From Octopus vulgaris (lineage: Eukaryota): a DNA stretch of 64,000 bases. Shown here in pieces: positions 37,818-52,171 of this stretch. The stretch covers positions 62,001-126,000 of the forward strand of contig OX597819.1 in NCBI GenBank assembly GCA_951406725.2, read 5' to 3'. The notes under the pieces were generated by a model, which saw only the letters and a list, made by a program, of their open reading frames with translations, was not told the DNA's origin and made no database searches. Numbering within the stretch: position 1 is the stretch's first letter; every line of letters begins with the position of its first letter. Position numbers and translations under genes: made by a program.

Positions 37818-39906
37818 TCACGTTCCCATGGCCATATATATATATAATTTCAGCAAAACAATTTAGATTCAAAAGAATATGGTACTTAACTTAGATGCAC
37901 CAGAATTTTTTTATGGTATTAACCATAAAATGATGTGAGGTGATTATAACCAGAAAATAAGCAACCGATCCATTGTTGTTGCTTATTTTTTGGTTATATA
38001 TATATATATATATACATAAAATGCAAAATGGGACAAGAACGCAAAACACCCGGACAACTAGGTGATACAAAAAGGGATAACAAAACATCCAGATAGACGA
38101 TACAAAGAAAACAAGGACGGGTCATTCGAAGTTTTCTATCTTCAGTCAAGAAACAGATTATCCTCGCAATTTCGACTGATTATTCTTGAGATTACTCCAA
38201 TCTGGCTAGCCCCAAGGAAAAACTAAGCTTCCTTGGAAGAATGCATCGAATGTATACAAAAACAAGGAAGGAAAAAACAGACAATGTTACACAAATATAA
38301 ATACAATAAAAAATATATAATATAAATAATAACAGGACATAACAACAGGTGTCTTTTGACTAAGGACGAGTTGAATTTAGCTGGCGCGTATATATAATAT
38401 TGCTAGCAGTATTTCAAATATCTTCCAAAATATTTAGGATGTCTAAAAAATAGTAGAGGAGCTGCCTTTATGGAGTTTGTACCATATAATAAGAAACCTT
38501 GGTTATGGGAATTTAAGAGTTTGTGGGCCCCTAAAACGTTGGATACATTTTCGGCTCCAAAACTATAGTCATTGTTCGTTTGCATATTTGGTAAACCTGA
38601 TGTGTTGCGATTTGAGAAACGCATTACGAAATCTTATGGATGTTGTACGAACTACATACTAACTGTACCATATTTCAGTCACAATAAAGACTCTTGATAA
38701 AGTAATTGTAGCAGCACCCGATAAGCTATTCGTTCGTTTTTATCGTGTTTTTATGTAACGCTTAAGTCTTTTTCTATCTTTGAATACCATTGGAGTTGCG
38801 GGTTACCAAACAAATATGAAATTCCTTTTATCGATGCATTCTGTGCTATGGTAAGGGATTACTTATTTGCCTTCTGTCTAGCCTATAATTGCGATGTATT
38901 TCCAGTAATTGTATAGTACACAAATATAAGTGTTGAACACAGAAGATTATATTATATAAATGAATATATTGATATTCTTACCATAATTGCCATGTTTTAA
39001 GAATTTCTACCAATCGATCGATCTAACTATATATCCATATATTTACTTATTCATCTGTTTAGCTTCCTATCAATCAATGAACCAATCAATTATCCTATCT
39101 ACCTGTATGTATGTATGTATGTATGTATGTATGTATGTATGTATGTATGTATGTATGTATGTATGTATAAATGTGTACGTTTGTACGTGTATATGTATGC
39201 ATACATGTATGCATATATTTATGCGCAAATGGATTGATTGGTGGAAGGGCGACTAGATGGAAGAGTGAATACAGACAGATGTATTATATTCGCATATTCA
39301 ATTACTCTCACTACATTTTAGCATAGTTTCCATCTTTCTGCAGGGATAGTTGCATAGCGCATAGTCAGATCAAACATGTTTTACAACCGAATGCATTTCT
39401 CGATGACGTTCACTCAACCATATATGTCGAATACTATTTTCAAATTGGTTGACTGAACAATAAAAAAAAAATTATATATAATGTAGATAGCAGGACATTG
39501 GATTGAACCTGAGATCTGAATTAGGTCCTAAGCCTGTTTTCTTTCATTGTTTTTGCTTTGTTTCCTGTTGTTTCGATTTATTTTTCATATACGCAGAAGT
39601 TCTCCATGGCGTTTTAGTTCCGAGATGAAATATATGAGGAAACTAGTATTGTTAGAAGTCAGGCGAGTGAGGTACAGTAACGATGAAAAGAAAAAAAATA
39701 TGATAAGACAAGAAGGGTTTGGACGAGGTGGTACATAATTTGATATTCAAAGGACCAGGAACCGGCGATGTAGGAGCGGTAGAAGAAAGAGGAGAGAAAG
39801 AGAGAGAGAGAAGGGGGAGAGAAAGATGTTACGACGATTTTTGCGTATTGGTGGAGACTAAATTATCGTTCCGATAATCATTTTTGAGTGTGACCTAAAT
39901 AGTGTA

Positions 39907-39957
<51 letters not shown>

Positions 39958-40240
39958 GTGTGTGTGTGTGAGAGAGAGAGCATATGTGCATATGTAAGCG
40001 TGCAAAGAATTTGCGACGTCTTCAGGCATACTTCAGAGAGAGATACTTATAAATTACCTCTCGTAATCGTAAAAAATTACGCAACACGGGTATCTCTGCA
40101 AAAAGCAACATTCATATCAAAAAAGTTCTCCCGTCCAACAGCTGCAGAAAGCTTCCTGTTTTAGTCCTGTGTTTGTCTTTGCTAAGAAAGAATTGAACTG
40201 ATAACATAAAAGACAATAAACGCTAAAAGATAACAGTCAA

Positions 40241-40280
<40 letters not shown>

Positions 40281-40764
40281 ACACACACACGCACACAAAC
40301 ACACACATATGTATATACCTTCTTTGTAGTTCAACTTATTGTCACAAATGTTTATCTTGCATATAGTTTAGCCGACAGTTGAAATGCTTTTAGACAAAGA
40401 TGCCAATTGGCAGTTATATAAACGCATGAACTTTACTTTAATTGGAATTCTTCAGCCAGTGATGAAATTAGAATGTTAATTTTCAAAGCTTGCATTGAAA
40501 CAGTTCAGAGACTTAGACAATATCAGAAACAGTAGTGGAAGAGAAAAACGCTGACCATCTTTCTCTCGTATAATTTGCATTTGCATTTTGCATTTCCTAT
40601 GAAGACAGCTAATATTATGAAGGCAAACTTTCTCAGCCGATAGCATTTTATGTTGAAAAAGATTCGTTTTTAATTAACAGTTTTCCAGAAAACCAAAAAT
40701 GCTATTAGGGGAGACGCGTAAAACGCATACATTTCCATGTTAATGAGGCTCTAGTTAGATGTAA

Positions 40765-40978
40765 GCGAGCTTGCAGAATTGTTAGCCTGTGGAACAAAAT
40801 ACTTAGTGACATTTTTTTCTGTCTATTTACACTCAAGGTTCAAATACTTCTCAGATCAACGTTTCCTTTTATCCTTTCGGTGTCGATAAAATAAGAACCA
40901 GTCAAATATTAGGGTTGATTTAGTTGGCTAATTCCCTCCTCTTAAAACTGCTGACCTTGTGCCAATATTTGAAACACC
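40765..40978 (+). mobile_element. SINE family B, diverged
   Basis: GGTTCAAAT B-box, TTTTATCCTTTCGGTGTCGATAAAATAAG, CCTTGTGCCAATATTTG tail. Confidence 0.7.
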
Positions 40979-41580
40979 ATTTGACTTAATGAATCTTCTG
41001 ACTTTGCTACGGCTGGGAGACCTATGGTGGAAGGGGATTGACCATTGTGGAGCGGACAGCATGTTTTACACTACTCGTGATGGAAGCAGCAGACATTGAC
41101 GAAGAGGATGAGATGTGCGTGTGCGTGCGCGTGTGAGTGTGCATGCGAGTGTGCGTGCGCGTGTGCGTGTGCAGTGTGCAGTGTGCGTGTGCGTGTGCGT
41201 GCGCGCGTGTAGCGGTTTCGCCTGTCTGAGTATGTGAACTGTATTATATAATATGAGACTCACGTGTGCATTGTACAAAAACAGCGACTGTTCGGTGTGA
41301 AAATGCTTTTCTCATCTTGAAAAGGAAATTTAGGCTTTTGGCCATAGTTTCGATCAGTTTTGTAATAGATGTGATGTGCGTTCGCTATGAAATGATATCA
41401 GAAATACTTTAAGGCAGTACAATAAGGTTTGAAAGATTCTGCTGTTATTTCTAGCAGGTCAAGTGAACTCCTAGAGACACCTTCGTAGGCTCACAAACAA
41501 TAAGTCGAGAGAATTGATATACTTGGGAATCTAATCAATACCAGCTGCCATAGAAAGAAAGACAAAAGAGAAACCTCAAA

Positions 41581-41639
41581 AGTAGGATAACTTAAGTAGG
41601 ATAACTTAAGTAGGATAACTTAAGTAGGATAACTTAAGT
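41581..41639. repeat. 14-bp tandem repeat AGTAGGATAACTTA x4
   Basis: Directly visible, perfect copies. Confidence 0.95.
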
Positions 41640-42293
41640 CTTTTTCTCTATCTTCGATGTTCTCAAGTGAGCAGGAAGTTACGCATGTATGTCGCATAAA
41701 AGCTGCAATAATGGGGGACATTACGCATAGAAAATGTTTGAAGGTAACCAATATGACGGTCGTTTTGAAACTTTCTCCAGCATTTTTAAGTGAAGGAGAT
41801 TATTTGATCTCCCCATAAGAAGGCTTTAGAAGGAAGCATTTTGCCAAGTACTACTAAAGAAGAGAGCAGCTAAAACCGGATGCCCTTATCAGTATTAACC
41901 TCATCATGCAACCACAAAAATAACTCTCCCCACTTATAATACCTGTTTAATGTTTAAAATCTAACCACATATTGACATTTAAAAGTTGTCAAACAACTAA
42001 GATTAGATTAATGTTGCATTACTTGAAATCATACACACGTAAATATAGTTAACGAATAAGCAATTAAATTTGATTGGGTGATTGATTTTCAAAAACAAAA
42101 CGGTGTAGTTTCGCTTACTAATGTAAGAGGCGGGGTGAAACTTAACGCTGAAATATATGAATACTTAATAAAATCGAAAGAAAATTTGTGTAAAAGTGAG
42201 TGAAAATGGGAGGAATATACCCAGAAAATTGGGTGTTTCTCGATATATTTCCGCCCATTTTCATTTTAATTCAAGGCGGTGATTTATAAAGAA

Positions 42294-42692
42294 CTAGCAG
42301 TATCGCCCGGCGTTGCTCGGGTTTGTAAGGGAAATAACTATATAAGCATTTTTAGAGATGTAAAGTATATTAGCCATCTCAATATGGCTAACCACAAAGG
42401 GGGAGGGGTGTTACTGTAGCTTTTTACGTTCTGAGATTTAATAATAAATCTTTAGAGAGTTACTTCCCTTATATATGCCAAAAATGCATTAAAAATGGGA
42501 AAAATTGATGGTAAATTCTTTTCAAAATCGTAGACTCATCGTAGACGCGCGCTAATACCCAGAAGGGCTCGATATGAATCACGACTATAAGATACCCGGT
42601 TTTGGTTAAACTGCACCGCAAAATGTGAGAGTAGTTAGGAGTCTAAATCGTAGGAGACAGACAGCACACAACCTCACTTTTATATATAAAGA
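42294..42692 (-). mobile_element. Non-autonomous Helitron
   Basis: Minus strand A|TC...CTAG|T termini; subterminal hairpin CCCGAGCAACGCCGGG; no TSD. Confidence 0.8.
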
Positions 42693-42870
42693 TATCGTGA
42701 ATTCCATTTTTGCTTCTTTCATCTGTTATATACTTGATAGACACTGAGGAATTCCTGAGGTAGATCCAGTGGCATTTATATCAGTACTGTGGATAACATC
42801 AGGTAGCCATAGACAGTGAAAGTGCTCTAATTGGCATATTACCAGGTGTACACTCAAGGTCTAAATAGCG

Positions 42871-42926
<56 letters not shown>

Positions 42927-42982
42927 ACCCATGCACAAATTCTTCACTTAAAAATGCTGGAGAAAGTTTCAAAACGACCGTC

Positions 42983-43051
<69 letters not shown>

Positions 43052-43063
43052 AGAATGGATCTA

Positions 43064-43238
43064 CGAGGGGGTGCTGAAAAGTTCTACTGCTTTTACAAGG
43101 CTTAGAAAAAACTGAAGGACCGCTGCAATAAGTGTGTAAATCTGAGAGGGTAATAGTTTGAATAAAATCACAATTAACTGATCCTCCTATATTATATTTC
43201 CTTTTTCCCAGAGCCTGGAACTTTTCAGCAACCCCTCG
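43064..43238. mobile_element. Mariner-derived MITE
   Basis: TIRs CGAGGGGGTGCTGAAAAGTTC / GAACTTTTCAGCAACCCCTCG; TA on the left flank. Confidence 0.8.
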
Positions 43239-43249
43239 TGTAAGTAATA

Positions 43250-43465
43250 TTAGTTTCAAATTTAGGCATAAGGCCATCAGTTTCGGGAGATGGGGTTAGT
43301 CCATTACATTGACTCCCGTGCTCAACTGGTATTTATTTTTATCGACCCCGAAGGTTGAAAGGGAAAGTCGACCTCCTCGGAATTTGAACTCAGAACGGAA
43401 AGGCGGACGAAATGCCACTAGGCATTTTACCCGGCATTCTAACGACTCAGCTAGCTCGCCGCCTT
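43250..43465 (-). mobile_element. SINE family B, near full length
   Basis: Reverse complement of the 24893 unit. Confidence 0.85.
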
Positions 43466-43779
43466 TCGTAAATGTAATATTAATAAAAAAGAGAGGTGTT
43501 TCAAAAATACCCGTGCACATTCATCTTCTTGCTTTGCCCATTAACTGAATAATTTGTGTTGCATGAAGAAGTGTTACTAAAATAGCTTTGAAGCAAAAAT
43601 ATAAAGCAATTTTCTGATTCGTTCGTCTAGAACCCACTTATCGTTCAGACAAGCTGAACGAGAGTTGTTCTGTGTTATAGAAAATATTGTGAAATTAAAT
43701 TTCAATCGAGTGCTATTTATATCTGTTTGAGTGGATCATGATACAGAAAAAAAATCCCCGTCTCCAGTTAATATGCGTC

Positions 43780-44120
43780 TTTGGAAACTGGAAAAATAGA
43801 CATGTGTACAAAGTGATGAGGGGAAGGGATAGACTGGGAGAGGGATTAACCTGGTGCTTTTAGTGTAAATTTGAAAACGGGTAGCGAATATGGAAGCTTT
43901 CCCTGTGGCAATACTGCTCACAAAACCATTGTTGTTGAAAAGTAGAAGTGACAAAGATATTGCAAAGTTGATGGAAATTTCTTTTGGCATGAGACAAGGA
44001 GGATCGGCTGAAGGAATCCTTCGCGGTATGGATAATGGTATTGTAAGAGAGATGCGGTGCTGAGTAAACACTACTCAATTTGGCGGGATGGTTGAGTTTC
44101 TCCAGTTCTTGCCGGCCTTG
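43780..44120 (-). pseudogene. Possible highly degenerate LINE ORF2 linker fragment
   Basis: LLFNNNGFVSSIATGKASIFATRF resembles the pre-RT linker (L...G......KA..FA..F); no catalytic motifs seen. Confidence 0.3.
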
Positions 44121-44942
44121 TTATTTGTAGTGATCTCTTTTTTTACCTGTAAATCTATGAGTCAACCACTTGATGGACATGTAGTAGTGAGTCTTTAGTT
44201 TTAGCATAAAACTGGCATACATAGATACATACATACATACATACATACATACATACATACATACATACATACATACATACATACATACATACATACATAA
44301 AACAAAAATTCCCTGTTGTTGATGTTGAAATTCCAATGAAGGAGCCTTGGATCTAGGTTAGAAACTGGCTCTTTCTCTATTGGCAAGAAATCTTGAAATA
44401 ATCTGAATAATGACATACATACATACATTCATACATACATACATACATACATACATACATACATACATACATACATACATACATACATACATACATACAT
44501 ACAGACAGACAGGCAGGCAGACAGACAGACAGAAAATTCAGGTAATATTACGTCTGATAACCTGAAGTAATCGGTACATACAAGTAGTGCACAGGTTGAT
44601 TTGCTGCCTAAAACTCCAACTTGAACTACAACTAAAAGCAAATATATAAGTGATTAATGACGATTGGATATAGGCGATTTCTCAGTTGATCAGGTACGTA
44701 TATGACACACTAAAAATATAAAAAGGCATACAGCTGATATCGGGTTATGATATTCATATATTTAGACATGTTATATGAGTGTAGATGATAAGAAGTTATA
44801 TGTAACTTTATGAAATAAAGCGTTCCGTTGTGGTTGAGCATCAAAATGCTCTTGAAACACTTATCGCAGGGCTCCAAACATCTATAATGATGAAACACGA
44901 GTAGGAAATATGATATAAACGCGTGTTTATCATTATTTTTCG

Positions 44943-45198
44943 TACTCTTTACTCTCTTTACCCTTTTACTTGTTTCAGTCCTTTGACTTCGGCCATGCTG
45001 GAGCACCGCCTTTAGTCGAGCAAATCGACCCCAGGACTTATTCATTGTAAGACTTGTACTTATTCTATCGGTCTCTTATGCCGAACTGCTAAGTTATGGG
45101 GATGTAAACACACTACCATCGGTTGACAAGCGATGTTGGGGGGACAAACACAGACACACAAACATATGCACACACACACACACACACTCACACACACG

Positions 45199-45238
<40 letters not shown>

Positions 45239-45367
45239 CGACGGGCTCCTTTCAGTTTGGTCGGCCCGAGGCTATAGTAGAAGACACTTGCCCAAGGTGT
45301 CACGCAGTGGGACTGAACCTGGAACCATGTGGTTAGTAAGCAAGCTACTTACCACACACCCACTGCG

Positions 45368-45372
<5 letters not shown>
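44943..45372 (-). mobile_element. SINE family A, near full length
   Basis: tRNA-like head (GGTAAGTAGC...GGTTCAGTCCC), CCTTGGGCAAGTGTCTT core, internal TA/TG microsatellite, tail GGCGGTGCTCCAGCATGGCCG..GTCAAA.GACTGAAAC followed by AAGAGTA-type repeats. Confidence 0.9.
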
Positions 45373-45414
<42 letters not shown>

Positions 45415-45427
<13 letters not shown>

Positions 45428-46221
45428 TCAACTTGTGTGTCTGTGTGTGTATCTGTGTGGGTGTCTGTTTGTTTAACTTCCCGGCACATCTCCTCCTAGC
45501 CAACAAATCGTAGAACCACCAAAAATGGGTCACTTAAAGTTTAGGCGAATGAAAATTGAACTGCGCTATTTCTGTTCCGAAATTCATCTCGCAAGTGCAA
45601 AAATCGATAATGTGTTTGTTTAGGCCTTATCCCATGCATTGAATAGGGAACTTTACTCAGTCAGCTGTTTGACGTGAACTGTGTTCACCACGCGTGCAAG
45701 AATGCGTAAATTGAATGAAAAATAAAAAATCAAGATATAAAAACGAATCGCAGTAAACATTGTAGAAATTCGGCAAAGAAATGAATTTTCAGGATGTAGC
45801 CTGTACTTTGTGAACACATACCAATTGTTTTCATAACATTTTTAACGCTTTGAATTAAATGTGACCATTTTGCGTTGAGTCTGCAGTTTGAATCACTTTA
45901 ACCAAATTTTAGCAGGCCGGATTTTTGACCATCACGATACATCGCCAGCAACTCCCTGGAACTCTCCTCTGAAATCCCCGTTGAGAAATACTGATCTAGA
46001 AGAATAATTCAACAATGCAATTATTTGATCAACAAAAATTTATGAAACGCTTCTTCGTACTTCCTGTTGAGGAAATGGAACACATAAGCGCAAAAATAGA
46101 GGGCATTAAATGCTTGATTTTAAAACCAAAATAATTGAATTTTGATTGAACTTCATCCAAGTTTAGCTTAATTCTTGCTTGCATAGAACGCACTAGCGCA
46201 CGAGCCGAGCATTACTGCTAG
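45415..46221 (+). mobile_element. Non-autonomous Helitron-like element
   Basis: 5' ATATATAAAA followed by a GT/GTCT microsatellite; 3' end GCATTACTGCTAG|T with a degenerate hairpin. Confidence 0.55.
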
Positions 46222-46243
46222 TATATATATATATATATATATA

Positions 46244-46274
<31 letters not shown>

Positions 46275-46342
46275 TGTATGTATGTATGTATGTATGTATG
46301 TATGTATGTATGTATGCATGCATGCATGTATGTATGTATGTA

Positions 46343-46480
46343 CTCTTACTCTCTCTCTTTTACTTGTTTCAGTCATTTGATTGTGGCCATGCTGGAGCAC
46401 CGCCTTTAGTTGAGCAAATCGACCCCAGGACTTATTCTTTGTAAGCCTAATACTTATTCTATCGGTCTCTTTAACCGAAC
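46343..46480 (-). mobile_element. SINE family A, 3' fragment
   Basis: Close match to about 44945-45085. Confidence 0.85.
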
Positions 46481-46486
46481 CATATG

Positions 46487-46546
<60 letters not shown>

Positions 46547-46700
46547 TGTATGTATGTACGTATGCATATAAGAGAAATAAGGATAAACACTTGTTTATAT
46601 ATATATATAAAACTTAGATATATATATATATACATATATATATATACACACACACATATATATATATGGGGGTATGAGTGTATGTATGTATGTATATTTG

Positions 46701-46731
<31 letters not shown>

Positions 46732-46834
46732 GCATGTATGTATGTACGTATGCATGTAAGAGAAATAAGGATAAACACTTGTTTATATATATATATATAT
46801 ATATATATATGGGGGCATGAGTGTATGTATATAT

Positions 46835-48098
46835 TGTTACGGTTTAGCTAGTGCAGTATTTCCCGGTGACCCACATTGGGTGTGGCACCGGCATGTCTGG
46901 AAGAAAAGTGACAGTTCTTTGTTTAATGGGAGATTAATGGGACCTTGTGACCCTGTGCGGGTGAATTAGGGGTCATTCTAGACACCCCTTGAATATGTGA
47001 GGAAGAATCTAGTAGTAGTAAGAAAAAGATAGAGTAAGGGCTGAGAGCAGATGGAGAGGGTGATAGGCAGCAGGCGATAGAGATAGAGTATAAGGCTAAG
47101 GGACAGATAGAGAGGGTGATAGGCAGCAGGCGATAGAGATAGAGTATAAGGCTAAGGGACAGATAGAGAGGGTGATAGGCAGCAGGCGATAGAGATAGAG
47201 TATAAGGCTAAGGGACAGATAGAGAGGGTGATAGGCAGCAGGCGATAGAGATAGAGTAGGGGATCAGAGAGCAGATAGAAAGGCTATAAGTGGTAGAGAC
47301 AGAGGGAGATGAGGGAGTGGAAGTCAGGACAAGGAAGTGAGGTCTTGCGGTTGGGAGCCGGTCGTCAGAGAACACAGTCGGATTCTGGAAGTCGGCAAGG
47401 AGCGGTGGAATTTTAGGAGCAAGTTGGGATGCGAAAGCTTGGCGGCACAGAGAAGGGAATATGTGCAGAGGAATTAGCGGTACGGAGAGATGAGGTGCAG
47501 AATGGGACACTGGCGATTCAATTAGGAATTAAGGTATTTAATTGTATTGATACGTGTTACGATGTAAAAGAAAAGAAAGAGAAAAGAAGAGAGAAAAAGA
47601 AGGACTCTGATGTAGACGATAATGAACTTTGAACTGTAACGTGAATTGTTGTGATACGAACATTGTATAATGTGTCGATTATAGTGTTCTGATTGAACTG
47701 TGTCTTCGGACGTGTACCTTTGAAATACTGTATATGACTTGTAGTGTCTCCGGACTGATATATTGTTACTTGCATGTTTGAATTGCTGTTGTTAAATGCT
47801 TGATCTGTGGTATACCCGTATGATGTGTTGATTTGTTGTTTGCCTTAAATGTATTTGATGTGTAACCATTGATTGTCATATAAACTAGTTGTTGAACATA
47901 AGCCAGTGTTGCCAGTTGTTGCCTTGCCTCTTTTGGTGTCTCTCTCGGTGTGCCTCTGTATCTCTGTGCTGCTGCGGTTGTTGTTGTTGCGTCTCTCCTC
48001 TCCTCTCTCTCCGAGTTTCCGTAGCTTATTCGCTGATCGAATCGGGCCTGTGTGAGGATTTCCGTAACAGTTTTCGGATGCTCCCCACCTTCGTAACA
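46835..48098. mobile_element. Solo LTR (Gypsy-like) with 4-bp TSD
   Basis: TGTTACG...CGTAACA inverted termini (TG..CA) flanked by ATAT on both sides; internal 56-bp tandem repeat at about 47025-47290. Confidence 0.75.
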
Positions 48099-48124
48099 AT
48101 ATGTATGTATGTATGTATGTATGT

Positions 48125-48206
<82 letters not shown>

Positions 48207-48277
48207 GCATACATACATACATATATACATATATGAGGAATAAGGCTCAACACTAGTTCATATATATGTGTTTAGTA

Positions 48278-48477
48278 CAGTAATCTCTCGCCATATTGCG
48301 GTTTATTATTTAAGCTTACGTTGGTCATTCCGTGGTGTTGTTTTGCATTTATAATAAAATAAATATATACAAATTATGAAAATAATAAAAAGATATACAG
48401 TACTATACTGTTTCTACTTCGCGGATTTTCACCTAGCGCCGGGGTGGGGGCGTAACACCCGCAATAGTCGGGGGATT

Positions 48478-48481
<4 letters not shown>
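48278..48481. mobile_element. pogo/Tigger-like MITE
   Basis: Imperfect TIRs CAGTAATCTCTCGCCATATTGCGG / CCGCAATAGTCGGGGGATTACT; TA flanks. Confidence 0.6.
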
Positions 48482-48542
<61 letters not shown>

Positions 48543-48559
48543 CTAAGGAACATCATCTG

Positions 48560-48800
48560 AAAGCGAAAATATCAATATTGAAATAGGAGTAAGACAAGGG
48601 TTATAATATCCTCCAACTTTTAAAGCTGCACTAGAAAGAATATAAAAAAAAAAAAAAAAAAGCTAAACTGGGATGAAAGAGAAATCAAAGGTGAATTTTA
48701 ATGTCATTTTCGCTTTGCTAGCAGACTTTAGTCTTCTCAAATGATGTTCGCAAACTGGAACCTGCTGGAACAGTGAAAACTAGAAGGTGGCACTATAAGT
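48560..48800 (+). pseudogene. RTE-clade RT remnant
   Basis: INIEIGVRQG, AALE, LNWDE and HFRFA pieces across frameshifts. Confidence 0.55.
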
Positions 48801-49139
48801 ATTAAATCAACATACGTCATTATCATGCAACAAGCGAATTCATCAATGTCAGCTTTGATAGTATTATAATAATAATAACGACGACGACGACGACGACAAC
48901 AACAACAACAATAATAATAATAATAATAAGAGCACTCAGAGAGTGCAAAGCTCCGCCAAAGTCACACCAACGTCCTCTCAACGATTAGTCGGAGATGGTT
49001 TTTAAAATGAGAATATCTAAATTAAACTCGACTGCTCTCACAAACGAGAATGCTAAAAATGAACCCGACCACTCTCAAAAATTAAGTTAAAAAACCGAAA
49101 AAATAATCCAGAATCCTTGTCTGGTACCTGATCGATGCC

Positions 49140-49390
49140 AATGGTAGTTACGGAATGTAAAGGTGGGTGGGTGAGCCATGTTTGAAATGCGGTGTGTGTG
49201 TATGTGTCGTCTGCAGTGGGAACAGGGACAGTTTTCTCTATAAATGCCTTTTTTACTCTATCCACTGATATAGTGTCTTTACGACCATTAAGGTCTATAG
49301 TGAATAATTTATCTGTGCGTGAAAGAAAACGGAAAGGACCTGCATACAGTGCTGTTAACGGAGAGTTAACAACATTGTTGCGCACTAAAA
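49140..49390 (-). pseudogene. Gypsy integrase C-terminal GPY/F fragment
   Basis: VLVRNNVVNSPLTALYAGPFRFLSRTDKLFTIDLNGRKDTISVDRVKKA. Confidence 0.75.
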
Positions 49391-49960
49391 CTTGAGTCCA
49401 AAAAGTAAAGCTTCCTTCAAGGCAGAGCTAGAAATGCAAGGCAGAGCTAGAAATGCAATTGTCAAGTAGGTAAGAGGTTTTAAAGAGGAGCGATATATTC
49501 AGAATTGGAAAAAATAAAAATTGTCAAGGATAAATTAAATTTATTATTGTTACTGGATATGTTATTTAATTTCTGAACAGTTTTGGCTGCTGTTTGTTTC
49601 ATAATCCATCAGTTTCTACTAAGATTGAGACGCGAGTAAAATTGATAATAGAGAAACGAAAATAAAACTTTGGAAACAGCAACGAAACCATGTTCAAGGG
49701 AGATAATCAGAGAAAGACTTGAAAGTCCGTAAGATCGTAATACTCCCTGTAAAGTAAATATAACAAATAACTCAGAATCCTTGTCCGGTACCAGATCGAT
49801 CCCAAAATTAATCAGTTCATGCTAGTCACGAGGCCAAACATCTCCGAAAGTTTCATCCGAATCCAATCGGCGGTTCTTGAGATAACTTGTCCACGGACAA
49901 CAAAGAAACAAAACACAACTGAAAGCAATAGCTCCGCCTTCACTAAGGCAGAGGTAATAA
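49391..49960 (-). mobile_element. HINE-like element, inverted homolog of 29182-29752
   Basis: Shared GCAATTGTCAAGTAGGTAAGAGGTTTTAAA segment and terminal hairpin CTCCGCCTTCACTAAGGCAGAG. Confidence 0.6.
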
Positions 49961-49989
49961 GCTTCAAATAATATTAACATCATCTGTGG

Positions 49990-51490
49990 CATTTTCCAAG
50001 TTAACTCAATTTCACCTCAAATTTTTTGCATATCTCTAATACCCCTGACAAGTAAACTTAGAGCAGGGTATGGATATAAAACTGACAATAAGAAAATAAG
50101 CCATCTATTTTATATGAATGGCATAAAACTATATAGCAAAGACAATAATGAGCTTGAAGGCCTATTGCGTATTATGAAAGCATTCAGTAACGACACCTTC
50201 CGGAAAGGGAAGTTGAAGGCAACAAATTCAGTTATTAATAGAACTTGAGCTAGAACAAACTTAGAAATATCTAGGAATAAAGGAAGGCTCTGGCATGCAA
50301 GCACGAAAGAGAAGTTCAGGAGGAATGTTACAGGAGAGTTTGAGCAGTCCTGAAATCTGAGCTAAATGCATGTAACAAAGTATTAGTCATAAATTCTTTA
50401 GCAGTTCAATTTATTACTTATAGCTACAATGTATTGAACTGGAATATCCATGAAAGAAAATTGACAGAAAAATACTCAAACTGATGGGTTGTAATAAGAT
50501 GCACCACCGAAAGCAGACGTGTATCGTCTTTACCTTCCCAGACCCCAATGAGGTCGAGATGTGATCCAATTTGAAATCTCTTACATAACAACCACAATTG
50601 GACTGGCCAAATATCTTGAAATAACGAACGATTGAATACTGAAGTTCGTTGAAAATCACGAGAGGTGTAAGAAGCTTCATTTTGTCATAAAGGGGAGTTA
50701 GAAATTTGCTACAGATCTCATGTGTGATATCCATGCGGAACAACCTAAGAAAAACGCGGCGTGGTAACTGTTGTTGCAAAGAATGAAAGACAAAGAAAAA
50801 TGCGCACGAGTAATTAGCCGATTGATTAGTGGGAGGAGAAATCTCTGCATGACAAATATCAAACAATTGTGTCCTGTATCATACAAGCGGATGTTACCAG
50901 AAGCAAAACCACCAGTGGCTTCGGAGCTCAGGGCTAAAGCTAGGGGGCAAAGATTTCATCTTAGCTGCTCACTACCCGGCGAATGTGATGAAAAGTGGAG
51001 TAGATCCAAAATGCCGATTTTGCAAAGACGTGACTGAAATAGTGGGCCACCTAATCTCTGGGTGTAAAGTTTTATCACCTACAGAGTATAAATCAGGACA
51101 TGACAGAGTTGGCTAATATCTACACTGGTTGATATGTCGGTATTATGAAATCAAAACTGCCGACAAGTGGTAAAATCACCACCCTGAAGCTGTGACTGAG
51201 GGAGAAAATGTAACGATTCTGTGGGACTTTCCAGGACATACAGACCGAACCATCAAAGCTAATAAACTGGATATTGTGTGAAAGACAAAACAGTAAAGTT
51301 TGTTTACTGAGCGACATGAATATTCCTTGTGATCATATCTCAGCAAAAGAATTTGACTAACTCAGATGTGGCCTCTCAAGGCGGTTACAACACCAGTGAT
51401 TGTAGGAGCACTAGGAATGATTAGAAAAGGAACTGCTGTGAGAACGATTACTACCCATGTATTTTGATTTCCTAATTTTAATTTTTTTTA
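49990..51490 (+). mobile_element. Old degenerate copy of the R4/Dong-like family
   Basis: Collinear with the reverse complement of about 59880-61600 (GYGYK..NKKISHLFYM, HHPEAVTEGENVTILWDFP). Confidence 0.85.
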
Positions 51491-52112
51491 TTTATTATCA
51501 ATAGGCGCAGGAGTGGCTGCGTGGTAGGTAGCTTGCTTACCAACCACATGGTTCCGGGTTCAGTCCCACTGCGGGGGTGGCGGGGGCGGCGGTGGTGGTG
51601 GTGTTGGTGCTGGTGCTGGTGCTGTTGGTAATGGTGATGATGATGATGATGATGATAACGACGACGACGAAGATGCTAGATACACACACGGATGCCCGCA
51701 TTTACCTTCACACACGCATAAATCTCAGTGCACAAAATTCCAAGTCCTAAAGCTACTGCTGGTGTACATGTATATGTGTGCATGTATACACACTACAGTT
51801 ATAATTAACTACTTGCTTGAGACTTACGTTTCATGTCATAATAAATCTTTATACGATTAAACTCCAACGCAGCCGTATCCGGCAATCCGCATCCAGCAAT
51901 CCAAAGCCCAAAGGAGTAGGGCTCCCGTCAGGGGCCTGAAAAACTTTAAGTGGCATGGAACCGAATCAAACTGTTTTAAACAATATATATATATATATTA
52001 TTTCATTGTTGTATACGTTTCAGCCTTAAGGCTGTGGCAATGCTGTCCATACACACACACACACAGCAAACATATACATAACTCTATATAGATTAAGAGC
52101 CTTGATAGTTAT

Positions 52113-52171
<59 letters not shown>

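Larger units (their letters stand above)
35841..37833 (-). mobile_element. 5'-truncated Penelope-like element flanked by (TA)n
   Basis: RT-GIY-YIG ORF plus a 3' region with a hammerhead-like motif. Confidence 0.9.
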
